From Mayamaea pseudoterrestris (taxonomy: Eukaryota), in contig BROI01000019.1 in the NCBI GenBank assembly GCA_027923505.1, positions 124,001 to 188,000 of the forward strand: a stretch of 64,000 nucleotides of DNA. The letters are read 5' to 3'. The notes under the pieces are model-generated. The model did not search any database. It saw only the letters and a list, made by a program, of their open reading frames with translations, and was not told where the DNA came from. How positions within the stretch are numbered: position 1 is the first letter of the stretch; every line of letters begins with the position of its first letter. The translations under genes and the position numbers were made by a program. Of this stretch, positions 56,801-64,000 are shown piece by piece.

Positions 56801-57337
56801 TGTTGGAACATGTCTGGGAGAACACTAATTTAGCTACCCTTTGGTGATTCGGTTATGAGGGCTTTGCCGCGTCAGTCGACGGGCACCACTGGCTGGACCT
56901 CGGGACCGATGCACCCGATCACCGATTCGCTCATCTTTCTTTGTACCCTTTAAACTAAAAGCATGCCATAGACCTATTGTTATACCAAACAATAAGCCTA
57001 TAAAGCCTACAGCTATATATCTAGGATTACTCCCAGTTGAATAAGAAGCGGGAACGTGGATATCAACAGGCAAGTACCCAGTGGCCCTACCGATCCATCG
57101 GCCACGAACCAGACTGTTGCAATTGCCGCATAATTGGCCGGAGACGGACAAGCTGACTGGAAACGGTTGGTCTGCAAGGAATACAGCCTATCAACCGTCG
57201 AGTAGAGTCATTGTAGCAGGCCAGTCCTCCTTTGATCCGAACGGCACCCGCAAACGGATTCATTGAGTAGCGTCAGTGATAGTCATTCCGCTGCAGCAAC
57301 CCGACCAAGCTCACAGCTGTGCAAGCTTGTTCTAACA
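56801..57337 (+). repeat. 5' LTR (537 bp)
   Basis: Begins TGTTGGAACA and ends TGTTCTAACA (9/10 inverted match), directly followed by a PBS; the second LTR is outside the window. Confidence 0.8.
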
Positions 57338-57350
57338 GGTTACCGAGCCC
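57338..57350 (+). promoter_or_regulatory. Primer-binding site
   Basis: GGTTACCGAGCCC directly after the LTR terminal CA; resembles copia GGTTATGGGCCC-type PBS. Confidence 0.65.
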
Positions 57351-57381
57351 AAATTACAACACCACTGTGTCCAACATTACC

Positions 57382-60132
57382 ATGAGTGCGCCGGATGATC
57401 CGAAGTACTTAGCCCTCCTAGCGCAAGTAGGAGAAGCGGAGGAGAAAGCTGGGGTCGCCATCGCAACGACAGCGTCCATCAAGGCCGAACTAGACGCCCT
57501 GAACGAGAGAGCAGCGTCGTACCAACAGTTCATGGATCTCGAAACGGATGCAGCCATGCGCGCGAAGCTCGCTGAAACGTTTGATCCGTTCCAAGCTCGC
57601 CTCGCCGGAAAAGCCACGGAGTATGCGGCTGCCGTGAGCTCCGAGGAAGCTGCCAAGGCAGCGGCTGTCGAGACCAGGAATACGCTCGAGACGATACGAG
57701 CCTTTATCCTTGCCGACTCAGACGAAGCTTTCATCCAAGTAACAGGACGCAACAAGGCGGCGAAGAAACAGCCGGCGGCCGCAGATGCCACTCCTAAACC
57801 CGCGCCGCCTCAGCCATCCGCTGGTCCGAGTCCTGCCGCCACAGCAACACCCACCACGACAGCGATCGTCCCAGCAGCTATCACACCTACTCCTGGCACT
57901 ATTCCACCGAAGGCGTCGAAGAAAGTGATCAAGAGACGGTCCAAGAAACTCTCCACTGCCGCTCAAGCCGCCCTGGACGATCAAGCCATGGCCGAGCAGC
58001 TTGCTCTCAACAAGGCCGCCGCCGGTGCTACTGCCGCCAGTGCGGACCGCACCTACTCTGCCCTCGAACCCGGCAACGACGGTTACACCGACAGCGACGC
58101 CGGGAGCAGCGAGCGCTCAACCGTCTTTGACTTGACAAACACTGAGATCGGGTTCCGCCTCTTCGATACAGCCATCGATCCTAGTCAGCTCCGCACGCTC
58201 ACCTACGAAACGATCGGGCTAGACGATTTACTCGATGCATCAGGGCAGTTCCGCCGCGATTGGCGCACCAACCATCTCTATCCCAGCATCCGCAACCAGC
58301 TGGTCGCTTTGATCGGCCTCCTCGACATCGATGGCACCGACGAAGCGAATCGCCTTCTGTCGATTTTCGACTCGCTTGCCTCGTCCAAAACGCTACCTTT
58401 GGTGTTTGCTGACAGTGAGACCAAGAACAAGTATGGCGTATTCAATGCTACTCGCCTTCTCAAGAAGCTTTCGCAGTGCAGTACCCTCACGCGCGCGGGT
58501 CAAGACGGGGATCGTGTGTTCCAGTTTCTCTTTCCATCCGGCGACATCCTTAAAGCACTGCAAGTGGCCACCTCTGCCTCTCCGTTCTATTAGTCGTCGC
58601 CGTCGCGATCTTCTCCAAATGAGGAACCAAAGTTCCTTCTTGGCCGCGGCAACCGGCAAACTCCGGTGTTGCACACCCAGCGCTATGAATCACCCGCTCC
58701 GTCTGGGCGACAGATCCTATGGGACCCGCTCACGCAGTACGGTACCGACAACATCCACCGCTCTTACGCCCGGGAGGAAGTCCTAGAGGAACGTCAGCGC
58801 AACCCTCCACAGCGCCATGTATCTCCTAGTTGGGAATACATCACGTATCCGTCCCCAGAGGATCTTACCCTCGACGAAGAGACGCAGCGTTTCCCGCACT
58901 GGCTCGCTTTCTGCTCCGCCTCTGCGTCCAAGGACCCGATTCCCATCTACCCGATCCCTTATCATATTCCTCTCATGGATCGTCGCATGGCCATGGCTGC
59001 TCTTACCGATCACAGTCGCCTGGCCACGGCTGAGATGCTCGCCAAGTTTGCGAAGAACAGCTCCATGCCTGTTTACGTCCCGCCGCCTACGCCCGCCACA
59101 CCTGCCTCTGTCGAAGCGTCACTCATCCTCTGGTATAATCACCTTGCCCTTTTCGGGCAAGCTCATGGATTCTTCATTCCTCCACTTCATACCATGATTG
59201 TTGACGACGACCTTGGCGCCTGGGGCAAGTACTTGAATATTCACCAACATGGTTACACCGAGACCATTTGGCAGACGCATCTTCTGATGTATCTCAAGAA
59301 CCCCAAAACCGGGCTGAACAGTGAGAAGACTCCGGTCCGCCTTCGCAGTTGTGTTGAAACGGCTACCAACGGCTACCATGCTCTGTATCTTCTCGGGGTT
59401 GAAGCCAACAGTCGCCTGCGCGAACGTCCCGAGCTCCTGGAGGCGCCTCGTCAATTGGCTACCCAATCTGTCAGTGCCTATCTCAACGCATGGATTGGCT
59501 ACGCCAACAAGAAGCTTCTTGGACTTACCATTCTCTCCGATCGCGGTTTCGTGGCCGGTTTTGTCGCGGGTCTCCTCCCGTTCTACCATCAGCATTACGG
59601 TTTGCACCTCCTCAACTGCCTCCGCTTCGCGCCTTGGGACCGTTGCCTTCCATCGAAGTTTCATCCTACCGCACTCACCAACACCATGAGCGATATCGTC
59701 GGTGAGTCTCACACTAGCGACGCTCTGTTTGCGACTCCTCGGGCCTCCGTTCGCCCTGCGCTTCCTCCCAGTCCTCCGCCCGCGACTCGATCGGGCCGCG
59801 TCTACAACGCTCATCAAGTCCGCTTTACCGACCACTCCGACGATTCCTCGGTCGACCCCTCTCCTCCACTAGACTCGGCTGCCCTCATTGCCGCCCTTGA
59901 GGCCACTGGTGAGTATACTGTTCACGCTCTTGATCGTGATCGCCAACTTTCTCCTTGCGGCTGGTGCCTTGAGGATCACCTCGCCTCCGCCAACTGCCCT
60001 CTCGTTGTGCGCCTTTGCCGCGACTGCTCTCCCGGGTCTATCTCTACCTTAACCCGCAAGTTGGACGCTCTCCTTCGAACTCAACCGCGCCCGCCTACCG
60101 CTTCCGCTCCCGCCTCGGCGGATTTTCAGTAG
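57382..60132 (+). CDS. gag: gag-like region with one in-frame TAG at 58591-58593
   Basis: ORFs 57319-58593 and 58666-60132 share a frame with a single stop between them; knuckle-like CGWCLEDHLASANC near the end. Confidence 0.7.
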
Positions 60133-60170
60133 CCCGGCATGCCGACCATCCCTCCGCATGTGAACGGGTT
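60120..60170 (+). promoter_or_regulatory. Predicted -1 ribosomal frameshift signal
   Basis: G GAT TTT (60120-60126) just before the gag stop; stem 60131-60142 pairs with 60156-60170 with a GAA bulge. Confidence 0.75.
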
Positions 60171-63100
60171 TTTGATATTACTGCCGTTGTCGGGACAGAA
60201 TCCGGACGAGATCCTGGTTTACCTCTCGTCTGTCCCGGTCTACCCTCCGAAGGGGACGTTTTGTCCCATCCTCTACCCTTTGAACCACCTCCGGCGACCC
60301 TGCCTGTTTGTGCGCCTCCAACCCTCTCTTCTTCCTCCCTCGGCTTGGATTCGGGGAGGGCCCCACCCAGTGACACTATCGATGACGCCATCGACCTCCG
60401 GGATTCGCCAGATTCCTTTTCCGACCTTCTTGATGATGAGCCGGTCCCTTTTGGCTCTTCGCCTACCCCGTCGCCCGTTCCGTTCGCGACGCCCGAGGCC
60501 AATGCCGCCTGCGCACCTATACCGCCTCCCGGCCTCGTCGGCGACGGTGCGGCCCCGCAATGTACGGCTGCCGAGCGCGCACCTATGCGTCATAACGATG
60601 CGACCCGTCATAACGATGCGACCCGGATCGAGCAAGTGATATGCGAGATGGAGATCCTCGACTTGACAACAATTGGCCTGGACTGCATTATGGACGACGA
60701 AGGCTACACAGACGATGATTGCCCCATGGTCGACTACGCCCAAGATGCCGAAAATTGTTCCGCCTTTGCGGCGCACGCCCCAAACGAGGATCCCGACGAC
60801 GGCCACGGCAATCCCGATGATGTTGTCTACCATCTGAACCAAGTTCTCCTTGCCTCCAAAGCGGAAAACATTCCTGACGACGCCATCCTGGAGTCCATCA
60901 CCGCTACTCATTCGCCTGCGGACCGCGGCCTACACGAGTTCACTCGCATCTGTTGCCGCATGCCCGAGTGCACGGTAAATGAAGTGTATGAAATCCATCG
61001 CGCCACTCATGGCGACAGCCTGGCCGATCGCGGCCACATGGACGCTGGAGCATCACTGTCCACCACTCCGGCTAAAGAGCTGCTCTGGAATTACCGCACC
61101 GTTGATGGTCCTACCCTCGTCGTCGCAGACGGCTCCCGACATAAGGCCATCGGAATCGGTTTCGCAAAGGTGCCTCGTCTACCCACAGAGCGACCCTGGC
61201 GTCATTCCACAATTGGCCCTACGCACGAGTTTATTCCGGTCTACCATACGCCTGGAGTCACCGCCACCATTTTATTGCCTCATCACATCTCCAAGCACTT
61301 CCACTGCAGCGGCCATAGCACTGTAACGTCCTACGACATATCGTCCTCGACCATCAAGTTTACTTCCTGCCTCCGTCGTGCTACTGCCGATATCTCTTTG
61401 ACGCTTGATCTTGTTGGCGGCCTCACCTACACCGGCCCCTGGACGCGTCCGTCTGCTCTTGAGCATCTCCAACCCCTACCGCGCTCGGAGGATTTCTGCG
61501 TCCACCAAGTCTCTGGCGCGCGCCCATGTCTCTGTGGGACAAGTCCTTGCCCGGCGTTCAAAGGCTTCTGCACGGTTATTGATGCGCCGCCTGCGCCCGT
61601 CAGTCTACACGCTCTTGTTGGCGACCCGATCCAGTACCACGTCCATCACTTGACCCATCGCCAAACAGCTGTCCTCTGGCACCAGCGCTGCGCTCACCTC
61701 AATCACCGGCGCATGTCCCAGCTTCATCAACATGTACGCGGCGTCCCGCGACTACCGCTTACCGACAGTCTGGACAACTGTCCTACCTGCCAACAGGCGA
61801 AGCTCACTCGTGCCGCCCGCGGTCATGGTGACTCGCGACGCGCCACAGTCCCATTTCAAGGGCTCTCGGTTGATTTTGGTTTCATGGTACAAAAGCCCAC
61901 CAACTCTGAGCGCGTTCGCGATCTTACTGGCGTCAACGGTGAAACGTGCTACTGCCTAGTGGAAGACCATTTCTCTGGAGCTCTTTTTGCTCGTACTTTT
62001 CGCACCAAAGCGCCTCCCTTGGCGTATCTTTCTGAATTCCTCGCTGCTCACAATCCTGGCGAAGGCGTCGATCGCTACGTTCGGTTTGAGCTTGGCGGCG
62101 AACTCGGCCGTTGCGCCGCTCTCGTCGACTTGTTTGGCTCCGCCGGCTACTCGGTTGAGACTACTGCACCCGACTCGTCGCACCAGAATGGCCCAGTTGA
62201 ACGTCCTCATCGCACGATCGCCGCTGGCGTCCGCTCTTCCTTGATAGGTGCCGGGCTTGAACCAAAGTACTGGCCCTATGCTCTACATCATTTCCTCCGC
62301 GTCTTCAATGCCACTATGCCTTGTGGGGATGACCACAAGACGCCGTTCGAACTGTGCGTCGGTCATCAACCCGACATGTCCAATTTTAAGACGTTTGGCT
62401 GCCGTCTGTATGCCCTCCCTAGTCACGGCCGTTCCGCCAAAACCCTCAACGAAGCGAGGACTGGTGTTTTCCTGGGATACGCGCGGACAACCAAGAATGC
62501 CCTATACCTGGACCTTGCCAATGGGCAAATCAAGACTTGCCAGCATGTCTCGTTTGACGAGTCTTTCAATGATTTGCCGTTTCACTTAAAGCCTCCCAAT
62601 GCGCAACGGCTCGATACAATCCGCGATGACGCCGAGGATCAGGCAGATAATCACCCTCTGGCCCCTACCGACTTAGAGCAATCTCTTCTCGACCTCGACG
62701 TTTCTCCCAACATGTTCTACCATACCACCGCCATATCAATGGCCTTGCGCGACGGCGCCATTGCGTGTGACTTTGCACAATGCGAGTACTTGTCTCGGCC
62801 CTACGTGTCGGAGTTTCACTCGCTGCCTACCGCCCGCTTTCGTAGCTTTCCTGCTTTTCGCAAGAAATTTGTTGGCTCCTACGTTGGTGCCATCAACGGC
62901 ACTCCTGTGTATACTGCCGACGACATCGCCGTCCAGATTGCTGCGCTTGCAGCCACGGCTCTCCATTCCGAAGTAACTCTCGACCTCGCCCCTATTGCGT
63001 CTACCGATCGTTCCCTTCGAACGACGCCTCTCCATCTCCGCCTCGCGGACATTCGCCGTATCAGCGCTCTTATTGCTGTTGATGGGGAGGGGGACAGCGC

Positions 63101-64000
63101 TCAGGCATATCAACGTACACTGACAGCCTTCGCGCGCGCTCCCGCAGATAGCGAGCTTCACGAAGCACTACTCGCTACGCACCGCGTAATCAACAGAATA
63201 CAAGCGCCTTGCCTCCGCCCACTTCATCGTCTCCAATCTACCACTATGACCGACGAGGAACGGCGACTGCCTAAACTGAATCGCTCCAGCCTTCGACGAT
63301 TGTCCAACTGGTCTGAATGGGATGCGGCTCACGACAAGCAAATAGATCAACACTACAAAGATGGCACCCTCGGCCTCCCGATGGCGACCCCGATGCCAGT
63401 AGACGGGAAGCGCCCGAATGTCCTACGCGTGGTTTGGTCCTTTATGGTGAAGGAAGACGGCCGGCGAAAAGCGCGTTCATGCATCGATGGATCCAAGCGC
63501 TCTGCCCCATGGCTGCGTCAATTTGCGGAAACATACGCATCCTGTATTGAATTACCATGCCAACGCCTCTTCTTTGCCCTCGCAGCCGCCAAGAATTACG
63601 TGGTCACTATCGCGGACACCACCAATGCGTATCAACAGTCGCCAGGCCCTTCGGAGCAATGCTACTTGCGCATAGACGACGCATATCGCTCCTGGTTTCG
63701 CAAACGCCATGGGCGAGATATTGATCCTGCGACTCATGTGGTTCCCATGCTCAAAGCTTTCCAAGGCCACCCTGAGGCTGGTCGCCTATGGGAACGAATG
63801 ATCGTCGGTATTCTTACGAAACTCGGCTACAAATCGACGACCCACGAGCGCAATCTATATTGCGGTACTACCGACGGCGAAGATGTGATTATATGCCGCG
63901 AAGTGGATGATTTTGCTGTTGCATCAGAGCATTCCGAGACCGCTGATATTCTGATTGGCGCCATCAACGAATTCGTCACCACGGAGAGCAAGGGGATTGG
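60123..64000 (+). CDS. pol: pol polyprotein (protease, integrase, PDZ-like segment, reverse transcriptase); partial and absent from the ORF track
   Basis: Frame 3 is open from 59973 to the end: HMDAGA, LWHQRCAH..CPTC, SVDFGF, HQNGPVER, GVFLGY, RKARSCIDGS, DTTNAY, KAFQGHPEAG, REVDDF. Confidence 0.92.

Larger units (their letters stand above)
56801..64000 (+). mobile_element. Ty1/copia LTR retrotransposon (diatom CoDi-like), runs off the window end
   Basis: 5' LTR, PBS, gag, then PR-IN-RT domain order. Confidence 0.95.

Noticed and set aside
60588..60623. 18-bp tandem duplication in pol
   Set aside because: In-frame slippage in a low-complexity linker with no evidence of function
60139..60639. 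166-aa ORF as gag readthrough or an extra gene
   Set aside because: It overlaps the continuous pol frame and has no motifs; the frameshift explains the region better
1..64000. tRNA/rRNA genes and prokaryotic operon or defence systems
   Set aside because: None recognised by eye; spliceosomal introns and gene content are eukaryotic. tRNAscan and Rfam were not run

Overview
Gene-dense eukaryotic nuclear DNA with short GT-AG introns and bipartite plastid presequences; the gene content suggests a pennate diatom. It holds about 25 host genes, including PA200/Blm10, RIO1, MRI1, a RUS1-family gene, a signal-peptide tandem SET protein, a hemerythrin-like protein, WD40 and ankyrin proteins, and a non-catalytic PARP-zinc-finger protein. 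Three mobile-element layers are present. (1) At 1-1576 is a probable tyrosine-recombinase (DIRS-order, split-direct-repeat) retrotransposon junction; its ~540-bp terminal region recurs inverted and exactly circularly permuted at 7294-8907. (2) A 1079-bp TIR element with an ATT target-site duplication is nested in that copy, and the empty site lies in this window. (3) A Ty1/copia (CoDi-like) LTR retrotransposon runs from 56801 off the window end, with a GGATTTT -1 frameshift plus hairpin, an in-frame amber codon in gag, a PDZ-like insert and non-canonical catalytic motifs. All alignments, splice models and domain calls were made by eye; no searches were run.
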